From: an uncultured virus (IMG/VR IMGVR_UViG_3300007512_002205)
Lineage: Duplodnaviria; Heunggongvirae; Uroviricota; Caudoviricetes
Reading direction: 5' to 3' (one strand)
DNA length: 59,143 bases
IMG/VR virus record: IMGVR_UViG_3300007512_002205
Span: 62,001 to 121,143 of that record
Shown one piece after another: positions 48,597-57,673 of this stretch. Under the pieces are notes generated by a model that was not told the DNA's origin, made no database searches, and was given only the letters and a program-made list of their open reading frames with translations. How positions within the stretch are numbered: the first letter of the stretch is position 1; each line of letters starts with the position of its first letter. Position numbers and translations under genes: made by a program.

Positions 48597-49538
48597 TTAG
48601 CCAGTTAGGGTCTTATAAATCTTGCTGAAGATCAAATTCTCTTGGATTTGACCTCCAAGGCGATCTGCCTTTTGTTTAATTTGGTCATAGGCTGCCGATT
48701 CAGGTTCTGGAATGTTAGGCTGCATTTCCTGATCGAACTGATCAAAATACAATTTCAGGTTGGCAACCAAATAATCGGCAAACTCTTCCTTATCCTGAAC
48801 GTTTGAAAGCATCGCATATGAGTCACCAAGCTGCTTTTGAATTTTTGGGAAGGTTCTTTGAGCCATCTCCATTCCTGTGCGATCAAGTCCTTGAATCTGA
48901 ACGAATTCACTATCTTTCCCAGCGGCAGCCTTGGCTGGTTTCACTTTTTCCTGATGGGCTTGAGCTGCTTTATCATCGATTGGGATGAATTTTTCATCAC
49001 TTTTCCCACCAACAGGTTTGCCAGGGGGCTGATCTTCCACATCAACTTCCAAATCGGCTTCTTGAAGTTGTTCCGGCTCTTCCATAGCTGGCTCTTCCAT
49101 GGCCGGTTCTTCTACAGCAAGTTCCCCTGCACTTCCACCTTCTTCTGGTCCGAGTGTCGGCATCTCAGGTTTTTCAGGAGGCTCTTGACCTTCTGTTTCC
49201 TTGGAAGATGTCGTAATGTCGACTCTCATAAGAGTGTTAATCGCGTTTTGAATGACGTGGGATCTAAATGATGTCTTTTGCTCTTCATTTGTCGTCAAAA
49301 GTTCATAAGATTGCTTAATGATCGGAATGATTTGTTTAAGAGTGTTGGCTAAAACGTTAATACCTGTTGATCTTGTAGGAATATTGGCACTAACATCGGT
49401 GTCTTCCTTAAGAAGATTAACCTTTCTTCTTATTGCGTTTTCCAACCTTAATTGTTGTCCTCTTTCTTGACTTCTTTTGACGATTGATTCGAGAATTCTT
49501 GCTCTTATCGCCTTTTTTATGATTTTTTCGTTTGTCAT
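48597..49538 (-). CDS. Acidic hypothetical protein, possible head/scaffold-associated
   Basis: 313 aa; E/P-rich linker with an EEPAM repeat; several (I/L)xE motifs. Confidence 0.5.
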   Translation of the reverse strand: MTNEKIIKKAIRARILESIVKRSQERGQQLRLENAIRRKVNLLKEDTDVSANIPTRSTGINVLANTLKQIIPIIKQSYELLTTNEEQKTSFRSHVIQNAINTLMRVDITTSSKETEGQEPPEKPEMPTLGPEEGGSAGELAVEEPAMEEPAMEEPEQLQEADLEVDVEDQPPGKPVGGKSDEKFIPIDDKAAQAHQEKVKPAKAAAGKDSEFVQIQGLDRTGMEMAQRTFPKIQKQLGDSYAMLSNVQDKEEFADYLVANLKLYFDQFDQEMQPNIPEPESAAYDQIKQKADRLGGQIQENLIFSKIYKTLTG

Positions 49539-51732
49539 TGCTTTCTCTCACTCCAAGTCCGTGTGTTGTGGCAACAGCGTTTCCAATGGTCTGTTCGCTA
49601 TTATAATTAGTATCTCTCATGTCTTTAGTGATTGGCTCCGCTGAATACTGATCATATTCGAAATCCTCTTCCAGATTTTCCTCATCTTCATCTAAGTTTT
49701 CCCAAGGGCCTTTGGTTGCGGCCCCTTGAACAGCCCCTGCTGATGCTGCTGACATCTCTTCCAGTTCTTTTTGCTCTCTTAGGATAAGAAGGTCAAGGAA
49801 ATTGGTAAGTTTTTTATCCGAAGTAGATTCCGAAGGGGGCCTTTTCGCTTTTTTTTTATCTTCAAGCTCTTCTTTTATCATTTTATACCCAAAAAGTATA
49901 CGCATGACGTTCTTTATGTCCTTCATTGACTTCTTTGGGATGTAATGAACCATTTCTTGCTTATCACCCCTTGCAATGGCTGAACGAAGCTCTGTTCCTG
50001 ACAAGGGAGTGGCGTTGCCGCGATAGGTTATAGGCTTTGCGACCTCTCCAACATCAACATTGACACCTGCTGGTGTATTGATTTGCAAGTTCTTAAAGCG
50101 GTGTCTGTCTTTACCAGAAACACCCAAGACGAGCGAATCGCCCGATTGAGCTTGATTTTTAACATATTCATAGGTATCAGCGACTGGTCCTTTAGGAGAA
50201 GACTTCACAATAGACACTTTTTGACGAATATTTTCGTTTGCAAGATACATTCCAAAGAGCTTTTGTGACAATTCATAGCTTACATGTCCTAAAACCTGCT
50301 TTGTTTTGGGGTGTTTGATCTCACGAGGCTTTCTACTGATGATTAGCATGACCTTTTCAACGTTATCAAGGGAAAGGTAGTGCTTTATCATCTCAATATG
50401 CCCTCGATGTGGTGGTTTAAAGGAACCTGGGATGATAGCGAGTCTTCCTTGTATCTTTTTTAGCTCAACATCGAACTCACCCTTCTCAAACTGGTCATCT
50501 GTGTCCTTATATTTGTAATATCCAAGGATCTGGTTGACAGGGGCAAAGTTGCCTGTTAGTTTGTATATGTGACCATCATATGGGAATACAATGCCTTCAA
50601 TGTTCAAAGAAAGCTTGTCAATGTCCCCGATCTTGTCGAAATGGCCTTGAAGCCTGCCCTGTTCTTCCCGATCTTGCAAATTTGACGAAATATTGGTCAA
50701 ACGCGCCCTTAATCCATCATTAAACTTGTCTGGTTCGGTAAATATAGCACTATTCAAGAGGTTTAGCAAATCAACAGAGAAGTTGTGCAATAGTATCTCC
50801 ATAGGATACATGGTTTTTTTAAACATTTCTTTGGGTTTTTCACTCTCAAGGAAGGTTCGAACCTGTTGCGCTTTGTCAATATCAAGGAATTTAAGGACTT
50901 CTTTCATCTTTGGAGCCTTAATAAGCTGTCCATGGTTGGCATCTGCAATGATTTTCTTGATTAAATTGACGTGATTTTCGGCTGAAAGGGTGAAAATAAG
51001 GGCTATTTCGGGGTCTAAAGAGGCTATCATATACTCTAAAATGGTCGTTTTTGGGCCTAAATCGTACTTTTTTTGCAGGTTTTGAAGCCTTCTGAGGAAA
51101 GAATCAAGCAAATTTTTCGTTTTTTGGTGCTCAAAACGCATTTTTTCGTTGATTTTGAACTGTAAAGTGGGTTTAAACCCCTCGTTTGCAAGAATTAAGG
51201 CGAAAAACTGCTCAATTTGAGGCTCATCCATGAAAAATTCGACTCTTTGGGTGAAATCATTGATTTTTCGATGCCCTGTACGGTGAAAAACCATGTATTT
51301 GCCGTTATATTCAAGCAAATTGGGTGTTTTTGGGTTAATTATGTCACAATTATAGAAAATTGTCGGCTCTCCCTTCTTATTTTGCCCAAAAAGCTTGATT
51401 TGTTGCTTAATTGACAGTGTTTGGGCGAACTGACCGAAGTTTTTGATGGCTTCTGTGATACAATTGACCACATTTTCGTTAAATTTGCTTCGATTTAGGA
51501 AATATTTCCTCATTTGGTCGGCAGTTAGGCCAAATTGTCGCATTTGAGCGCCATTTCTGACCGCTCTGGCCTCTCCATCGCGCGTTGAGTACGATAATAG
51601 GAGGTTTATGCCATCAAATTTCTCTGTAAACTGTATTTCACCATAGCAAAGCTTGGTAAACATCTCTTGAAGCTCTGAGAACTTGAGATAAGGGTTCTCA
51701 TAGATGTGCATTATGTGTTTCTTTAGGCTCAT
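49417..51732 (-). CDS. Fusion: ligase-like (KxDG) nucleotidyltransferase domain + HxGH cytidylyltransferase-like domain
   Basis: FTEKFDGINL, IEGIVF, YKLTG in the N-terminal part; IIPGSFKPPHRGH and LSGTELRSAI in the C-terminal part. Confidence 0.7.
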   Translation of the reverse strand: MSLKKHIMHIYENPYLKFSELQEMFTKLCYGEIQFTEKFDGINLLLSYSTRDGEARAVRNGAQMRQFGLTADQMRKYFLNRSKFNENVVNCITEAIKNFGQFAQTLSIKQQIKLFGQNKKGEPTIFYNCDIINPKTPNLLEYNGKYMVFHRTGHRKINDFTQRVEFFMDEPQIEQFFALILANEGFKPTLQFKINEKMRFEHQKTKNLLDSFLRRLQNLQKKYDLGPKTTILEYMIASLDPEIALIFTLSAENHVNLIKKIIADANHGQLIKAPKMKEVLKFLDIDKAQQVRTFLESEKPKEMFKKTMYPMEILLHNFSVDLLNLLNSAIFTEPDKFNDGLRARLTNISSNLQDREEQGRLQGHFDKIGDIDKLSLNIEGIVFPYDGHIYKLTGNFAPVNQILGYYKYKDTDDQFEKGEFDVELKKIQGRLAIIPGSFKPPHRGHIEMIKHYLSLDNVEKVMLIISRKPREIKHPKTKQVLGHVSYELSQKLFGMYLANENIRQKVSIVKSSPKGPVADTYEYVKNQAQSGDSLVLGVSGKDRHRFKNLQINTPAGVNVDVGEVAKPITYRGNATPLSGTELRSAIARGDKQEMVHYIPKKSMKDIKNVMRILFGYKMIKEELEDKKKAKRPPSESTSDKKLTNFLDLLILREQKELEEMSAASAGAVQGAATKGPWENLDEDEENLEEDFEYDQYSAEPITKDMRDTNYNSEQTIGNAVATTHGLGVRESNDKRKNHKKGDKSKNSRINRQKKSRKRTTIKVGKRNKKKG

Positions 51733-51739
51733 AATGTAA

Positions 51740-52201
51740 TTAGTTGCCGAATTTGTTATGTGTTTCTTTCAGAACTTCGATGAGCCTTCGTTTTTTCAAG
51801 GAGGTATACTTCTTGATATTGTACTTTCGAGCCCATTTCTTAAGTTCTGTGTAGTTCATGGCATCAAAATCAAGTTTTTCTTCTTTTTTAGCCTTTTTTG
51901 ACTGTTTTTCTTCTTTTTTAGCCTTCTTGTCCTCAAAAACCGGAAGTTCGACCTCTTTAAAGGGGATTTCTAGTCTTTTTGGGGGTTCTTCCTTCTTTTC
52001 AACCGGAATTTCAACAATTTCCTTGGCAATCGCTTCAATTTTGGGCTTTTTGAACTTTTTCTCTTTAATTTTCGGCTTTTTCTTGATTTCACCGCCTGTA
52101 TCGACATAATGTCGGATATGTTCTTCGATATTGTCGTCATTTAAGTCAGAACCGAGTTCTGTGGCCAAAATTTTGACCAATTTTCGTAATTTTGCTCTCA
52201 T
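51740..52201 (-). CDS. Lys-rich protein with C-terminal Rho-N/HeH-like nucleic-acid-binding motif
   Basis: MNYTELKKWARKYNIKKYTSLKKRRLIEVL. Confidence 0.7.
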   Translation of the reverse strand: MRAKLRKLVKILATELGSDLNDDNIEEHIRHYVDTGGEIKKKPKIKEKKFKKPKIEAIAKEIVEIPVEKKEEPPKRLEIPFKEVELPVFEDKKAKKEEKQSKKAKKEEKLDFDAMNYTELKKWARKYNIKKYTSLKKRRLIEVLKETHNKFGN

Positions 52202-52204
52202 TGT

Positions 52205-53905
52205 TCACCTTTTTGTGATGTTTTCCATCAAAACTTTGTTAAGTCTACTGTATCTTTCATATAATGGTAAATGATACTTGTAATTTTCTTTAACCTGCTG
52301 CATGGCCTGCTGCTGAGTGGGTTGTTGGGCACCACTAATTTCTTGTGCCAAAGCAACGAACACATCTTTATCAGCTTCGCCTGTTGTAATCATATTACGG
52401 GATTGTTGATAGGCTTTTAAAGCTCTTTTTGTTTGAATATCAAAATCCCCATTCACTTTGGTGTCAAAACCAAGTTTTTTCAAGGCCATTTGCACAAGTT
52501 TGACTCTTTTTCCTTTACAACCCAGTTGAACAAACGTTTCGGTGCAATGTACAGCCATTTCATCATCGTCCCACTTGACAGGACCCCCGGCAGCGCCACC
52601 GCCACCGCCTGTTCCGCTACTTCCACCTCCAGCTTCTTGTGAAAGACTCTTTTTCCACCAATCCTGAAAGCTTTGGTCAAGATTGTTAAAGAATCCTTTC
52701 TTTTCAAGCTGATAAGTTTCCCGTGAAACGAGAACCAACCTTGATAACCCACGTTTACCAACAAGATTTGCAACACCACCAGAACCAAAAAACTTTTTGC
52801 CCGTTTTGGCTTCAATTTTTTTCCCGAGGGCCACAAGTTCCTTGTACTGATCGTCGGTAAGCTTTAACATTTTCTCTTTTCTTTTGACAAGCTTCACCAT
52901 CTTGTCTTTAGCGGCACCCATTTTTCTTAAAACTTGATTTATTTTCTGAACATGGTTGCCATTCTTTGCGAGCACCTCCGCAACTTTGAGTTGTCTTTCA
53001 TCAAGCGCCTTTTGAAGATTCTTGAGCATTAAAACATCTTTTGGATCGGTTGATTTTGACAACTTCGCCATACGATACTGGGTCTTCGCAAGTTCTTGTT
53101 CGAAATCAGCCAGTTTAGCGGCTCCTGATTCTAGTTTCTTGAGTTTGGTCGCCAAAGGAGCGATTACCTCTTTTTCAAAACTCTTTATCTTTTTGGCGTG
53201 CGCGACTGCTTTGGTTGCCGCCTCTGCAACATCTTCTGGTATCTTTTGAACCCTCTTGCCTACAATGGCGGCATAAGGGTTTCTAAAGAAGTCGTTTAAA
53301 GCGGCCATGGCTTTATCTTTCATGCCTTTGGGGGCTTTAGGGAGCCCCTCCATCTTAGAAAAAATTTCTTCAACACTTTTTATTGTATTTGGTTTTGACC
53401 AAACGTCTTTGGCTGTTTCAAAAATGGCCTTTGATACCATGCGGTTCTTCATCGCTTTAAAAAGAGCCGCAAATCCAATGCCAGCAACTGGTATAAGCGA
53501 AAGTGCTGAAAGTCCGCATTCAAGCCACTTCTCTCTACCCGCATACCAAACTACATTTATTCCATCAGCAACAGCACCAAAACCTGGGAACATACCGGCA
53601 ATACCCAACCCCCACTGAATAGGATCTTCCCAGGTCCAGTCATCGCCTCTTGCTTCGTATTCTTCGTATTCTGCTTCTGTTGCCTTTCTGTCTTTTGCCG
53701 AAGATTGATCCAACAACAGTTTGACATATGCGACAGCGTTAGGGGAAGCGGACTGAGGACCGTATTTTTCATAACCAGCGACAAAGATTTCAAGTTCGAC
53801 CCGATTCATCGGCTTTCCCCTAAAAGCTTTTAATGCAACCTTACGATATCTTGAATCTGCTTCGACAGTAGCCTCAGTTATGATGTGTGGCCAATCAAAG
53901 TTCAT
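52205..53905 (-). CDS. Pre-toxin-TG-like + coiled-coil + peptidoglycan-binding domain protein
   Basis: GIAGMFPGFGAVADGINVVWY...GLSALSLIPVAG; C-terminal LGCKGKRVKLVQMALKKLGF...GDFDIQTKRALKAYQ. Confidence 0.7.
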   Translation of the reverse strand: MNFDWPHIITEATVEADSRYRKVALKAFRGKPMNRVELEIFVAGYEKYGPQSASPNAVAYVKLLLDQSSAKDRKATEAEYEEYEARGDDWTWEDPIQWGLGIAGMFPGFGAVADGINVVWYAGREKWLECGLSALSLIPVAGIGFAALFKAMKNRMVSKAIFETAKDVWSKPNTIKSVEEIFSKMEGLPKAPKGMKDKAMAALNDFFRNPYAAIVGKRVQKIPEDVAEAATKAVAHAKKIKSFEKEVIAPLATKLKKLESGAAKLADFEQELAKTQYRMAKLSKSTDPKDVLMLKNLQKALDERQLKVAEVLAKNGNHVQKINQVLRKMGAAKDKMVKLVKRKEKMLKLTDDQYKELVALGKKIEAKTGKKFFGSGGVANLVGKRGLSRLVLVSRETYQLEKKGFFNNLDQSFQDWWKKSLSQEAGGGSSGTGGGGGAAGGPVKWDDDEMAVHCTETFVQLGCKGKRVKLVQMALKKLGFDTKVNGDFDIQTKRALKAYQQSRNMITTGEADKDVFVALAQEISGAQQPTQQQAMQQVKENYKYHLPLYERYSRLNKVLMENITKR

Positions 53906-56607
53906 TTATTTTGCAACCTTCTCAGTCTTTTTTGGAAATCTCTTGTGGCATTTTTACCGCTCATCTTCTTCTGCCAATCCTTTTGCTTTTGAGCTTTATC
54001 AGGGGCGACTTTCTGAGTGGGTTTTTTCTTTTGTGCTTGCTGGTTCACAAAGCTTTGAGCATCTGTTTTATCTTGCTTGTGTTTTTTCCACATATCCGGC
54101 TCTTTCTTTCCCGCAGTATCAGGGGACGCTTTTTTGGGGCTCTCATATGCAGAATCATCACCTCCAACCGCAACATTCTCAGCTCCTGGGCCGCCTCGTG
54201 CGCCTCTTTGCTGCTGAAGCCAAGTCACAAAACCAGAGATGCTTCTCTTCCTTGGAGGCGGATTTTTAAGCTTGGCGGCCTTTCTTCTGATTAAGTTAAT
54301 GGCTTTCGCTGTATTTCCGCCATAGATTCCATCAAATTCTTTTTCGGGTGGCAAAGAACCATCTGGGTTCATAGGGTTCTTCAAATGGTTTCTTTTCAAC
54401 CAAATGTTTGCTTCTTGTTGGAGAATCTGAACATGAGGGCTTGGCTTTCGCTTCTTCTTTGAAGAAGGACTTCTTCTTTTTGCTGTATCTGGAGAAGCAG
54501 AGGCAAACTGTCCCTGTAATTTTGCAATTCTTTTGTCAACATCCCCTGCATACTTTGAAGAGGGGTCCATTTTCTTATATTGCTTGAATAATGTGATTGC
54601 TCGTTCTTCATCTCCTTTTTCTTCATAGGCCCGTCCAGCATTACGAAGATACACTGGTTTATTGTTGTCTAGATCATAAGCATTTTGAAAAAATTCAGCG
54701 GCTTTGTCAAAATTTTTCTTGACGAAAAATTCGTGACCTTTATTGGCAAGCTTTTTTGCTTTAGAAAACTTTGGGTCTTCTGCATAAACACCAAACGATT
54801 CATCTTCAGAAGAAGGGCTTTGTTCCACAACGTTTTTGAATTGTCTAACTGTGTTTTCCATATCCGCACTCATCGCCCCTTTCTCAAGACGACTAATATA
54901 ACCTTTAAATGGTCTTAAAGCAGTTTCTTTTTCTTTTTCTGTCCAAGAGCCTTCTTTGCGAAGTTTATTTAGGGCTTTAAGTGCGAGCCACATTTCATTA
55001 GAATTGTCTTTTTTAATGGCGAAGTCGAAAGTTGATTGAATATTCCTCATTAAATTAGAAATAGAGGCGCTTCCCAAAGCCTCATTGACAGTGGTCTTGC
55101 AACCAACTGGAGGTTTCTCATCTTCTTTCCGATCTGGAACTTTGGGATTTGTATACGGGTTCTTTTTCTTTTTCTTTTTTTTTGGAGGTTTTTCTTCCTC
55201 GTTTACCGACTCTTTTGGAATATACTTATCCGCTTTCTTTTTAAGGTGTTTTACAGCAGGGGGTGTCTTTTTGCCTTTGCTGCCCTTGGGAGCCTTTTGT
55301 TTGGTTGCCCATTTTCGATATTTATCAAACTTTTTGTTTGAGTCTTCGAGATCTTTTGTGATGTCAGATTCGCCATCATCACCGCTATCAGATGTGGTTA
55401 TTTCTGTTGGGGGCTCATTTCTTTGAAAGGATTCAACTATTTTTTTTTTCACAGGAACGTCTGTCAAGACCTTTTGGGCAAAGTTGTACTTCGAAAAACG
55501 CTCTTTGAGGATTTCTGTTCCGCGCTTTTTGGACTCTTCCAAACGATCGGGATCAGGAAGCTCTTCTCTTCCAAGATCTGGACCTCTATACGGTCTTGCG
55601 GAATCACCACCGCCCGTGAGATCAGGGGTTTTAACAGGTCGTTCTTGTCGACCACCCATATTCGCCAAACCCTTTAACCTGCCTGTCATATCCCCACCAG
55701 GACTTCCAACATCAGGTTCGCCAGCAATTGGTGGGGGTGGGGGCTGACTTTCCGCACCAGCAACAGACTGTTCATGACCGGGAATACCGGCTTTATTCAG
55801 AGCAATAAAGGTTCCGGCATCAGGCTTACCTGTCGCTGGCAAACCCTGAGATGACTGATACGAAGCCAAGGCTTTGCTTGTTTTTGGACCCATTCTTCCA
55901 TCAATTCGACCGGGATCAAAACCTGCCGCCTTGAGTTTTGTTTGAAGTTCAACAACAGAAGGATCTCTTCGTGAACCTCTTCGCGAAGGCTTTCTTGCTA
56001 AAATAGGCGCAGGCTCATCTCTGCCTTTGTAGTCTTTTTCTATTGACCGAGGACTTGCAGAAACATCTGTTGTTCCAAGATCCTGCTCGTCTGTCCAAGA
56101 CTCTGGATCATAAAAAGCCTCTTTGAGTTCTCTTCGAAGTTCCTGTTCGATTAACTTCTTCAAGTATTTCTTAGCTTCGTTTTTTTTACCATTTTTCATT
56201 TTTAATGTGTCCTCGTAGTCTCGTAAAAGTAGATTCCCTTCAAGATAGGCTTCCTTTTCCATTTCTCTTAGCGCACCGTCCTCAAGAGCGTATCCAACTT
56301 CTGTAGAGAATTCATCATCAAATTCCCCTCTACAGTTTTGTGTGTGATGGACAAGTTCATGTGACAATGACCTAAGAACATCTTTCGGGTGTCTCCCGCT
56401 AGTATAAATAGTTATAACTTTCTCATTTGGCTCATACTGTGCGGTTTTTCCAAAAAGCTCTTTAGCATTCTCCTGATCGGAAACGAAAGAGACTTCAACC
56501 GGCTCTGTGAACCCTAATGTTTCTTGTGCATATGGAAAGAATTTATCAAAGTTGTCCTTATGAACATCGTAATATCGTTCTTCGCTTTCATCTTTAACAG
56601 AGATCAT
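53902..56607 (-). CDS. Multidomain protein: HEXXH metallopeptidase + PG-binding + TPR + degenerate PG-binding
   Basis: LRSLSHELVHHTQ...EKEAY; VELQTKLKAAGFDPGRIDGRMGPKTSKALASYQ; TPR GHEFFVKKNFDKAAEFFQNAY...; FDGIYGGNT. ATG at 56607. Confidence 0.75.
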   Translation of the reverse strand: MISVKDESEERYYDVHKDNFDKFFPYAQETLGFTEPVEVSFVSDQENAKELFGKTAQYEPNEKVITIYTSGRHPKDVLRSLSHELVHHTQNCRGEFDDEFSTEVGYALEDGALREMEKEAYLEGNLLLRDYEDTLKMKNGKKNEAKKYLKKLIEQELRRELKEAFYDPESWTDEQDLGTTDVSASPRSIEKDYKGRDEPAPILARKPSRRGSRRDPSVVELQTKLKAAGFDPGRIDGRMGPKTSKALASYQSSQGLPATGKPDAGTFIALNKAGIPGHEQSVAGAESQPPPPPIAGEPDVGSPGGDMTGRLKGLANMGGRQERPVKTPDLTGGGDSARPYRGPDLGREELPDPDRLEESKKRGTEILKERFSKYNFAQKVLTDVPVKKKIVESFQRNEPPTEITTSDSGDDGESDITKDLEDSNKKFDKYRKWATKQKAPKGSKGKKTPPAVKHLKKKADKYIPKESVNEEEKPPKKKKKKKNPYTNPKVPDRKEDEKPPVGCKTTVNEALGSASISNLMRNIQSTFDFAIKKDNSNEMWLALKALNKLRKEGSWTEKEKETALRPFKGYISRLEKGAMSADMENTVRQFKNVVEQSPSSEDESFGVYAEDPKFSKAKKLANKGHEFFVKKNFDKAAEFFQNAYDLDNNKPVYLRNAGRAYEEKGDEERAITLFKQYKKMDPSSKYAGDVDKRIAKLQGQFASASPDTAKRRSPSSKKKRKPSPHVQILQQEANIWLKRNHLKNPMNPDGSLPPEKEFDGIYGGNTAKAINLIRRKAAKLKNPPPRKRSISGFVTWLQQQRGARGGPGAENVAVGGDDSAYESPKKASPDTAGKKEPDMWKKHKQDKTDAQSFVNQQAQKKKPTQKVAPDKAQKQKDWQKKMSGKNATRDFQKRLRRLQNK

Positions 56608-56608
56608 A

Positions 56609-57121
56609 TTATTGCTTAACCTTTGCCCGCTTCTGAATCTTGTCAAGCTCTATTATCACCAGCCCACGACCGATGTTGCCAGGATATTTGACAAGTAAAG
56701 CAGCGATTTTCTTTACTTTTTCTGGCGTCAATGCTCTCAAAGCCCATGGCTCTAAAATATTCTTTGCTTTGTTTTTCACATATTGTATGTGTTTTTCTGA
56801 AACGGCTGGGCTGGTGTCCGGTGAGGCTTTAGGGGTTTTAAGATTTTTATTTATCAATTGCTTAAGTTTTCTACGGACACCATCAATGCCGACCGAGCCT
56901 TTCTTCTCAAAGTACTTGTAAATTGTTAAGGTTTTGTTGTCAAAGACCCCCGTGACCTTGACAGGTGCTGGTTTTTGACGTGATTGAAACCAAAGGATGA
57001 TCGCTTTTTGAAGAGCCATTATTTGCCTCTTTGAAGCATTAGGGGGCTCTTCCGTTTGTTGTTGAAGGGTCGTGTCCAATTCGTTAAGAAGGCCGATTAT
57101 TGTTTTGGTTATATTTCTCAT
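56609..57121 (-). CDS. Hypothetical protein with partial PG-binding-like motif
   Basis: QIMALQKAI...VTGVFDNKT. Confidence 0.5.
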   Translation of the reverse strand: MRNITKTIIGLLNELDTTLQQQTEEPPNASKRQIMALQKAIILWFQSRQKPAPVKVTGVFDNKTLTIYKYFEKKGSVGIDGVRRKLKQLINKNLKTPKASPDTSPAVSEKHIQYVKNKAKNILEPWALRALTPEKVKKIAALLVKYPGNIGRGLVIIELDKIQKRAKVKQ

Positions 57122-57124
57122 ATA

Positions 57125-57658
57125 TTAAATAGTTCCCTTAATCGCAAGGTGACATTCCTTTTGAATAGCTGTTATCTCTCCAAGAATAACATGCATAAGG
57201 AATTCATACTGTTCATCGTTGAAATATTTCTCTTTATATTTTTGTGTGACAAATTGAAATATTGATTTTTCATAACGAAGCATTCTATTACATGAATCTT
57301 GGCCAAGAGAAAAACCTTTCACTTTGCTTTTGGTTATTCCAAGGTAGACCCTTGGAACTATAATATTGACTGTGATATATGCGATGAATCGATCCACGTT
57401 TGAATGAAGGGCTTTGTTCAGTTTGAGATTGGTTGAAACAAGCTCTTCGTTTTCTTTTGCGAGCTTCAATGAGATTTCTTCAAGTCTTGCAACTTTTACA
57501 ATGTTTTCTGTATTGCTTGCCCTTAAAGCTTGAACTTCGTTTTCCATATCAAAATCATGTTTGACATGGCCGTCAACAAAGATTGCTGCCCCGATTAATG
57601 CCGCAATCAAAAAGAAAGACTTAATCTGATTGCGGGATATTTTATTTAGAATTTTCAT
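57125..57658 (-). CDS. Membrane-anchored coiled-coil protein
   Basis: N-terminal TM FFLIAALIGAAIFV followed by a heptad region; downstream of the lytic enzyme. Confidence 0.55.
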   Translation of the reverse strand: MKILNKISRNQIKSFFLIAALIGAAIFVDGHVKHDFDMENEVQALRASNTENIVKVARLEEISLKLAKENEELVSTNLKLNKALHSNVDRFIAYITVNIIVPRVYLGITKSKVKGFSLGQDSCNRMLRYEKSIFQFVTQKYKEKYFNDEQYEFLMHVILGEITAIQKECHLAIKGTI

Positions 57659-57673
57659 TTGCCCCTAAGATAA

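Noticed and set aside
49070..49115. EEPAM peptide repeat
   Set aside because: Ordinary low-complexity linker duplication.
57125..57658. Holin or i-spanin call
   Set aside because: TM plus coiled coil next to a lytic enzyme is suggestive, but I saw no o-spanin lipobox gene or holin features; left as a membrane protein.
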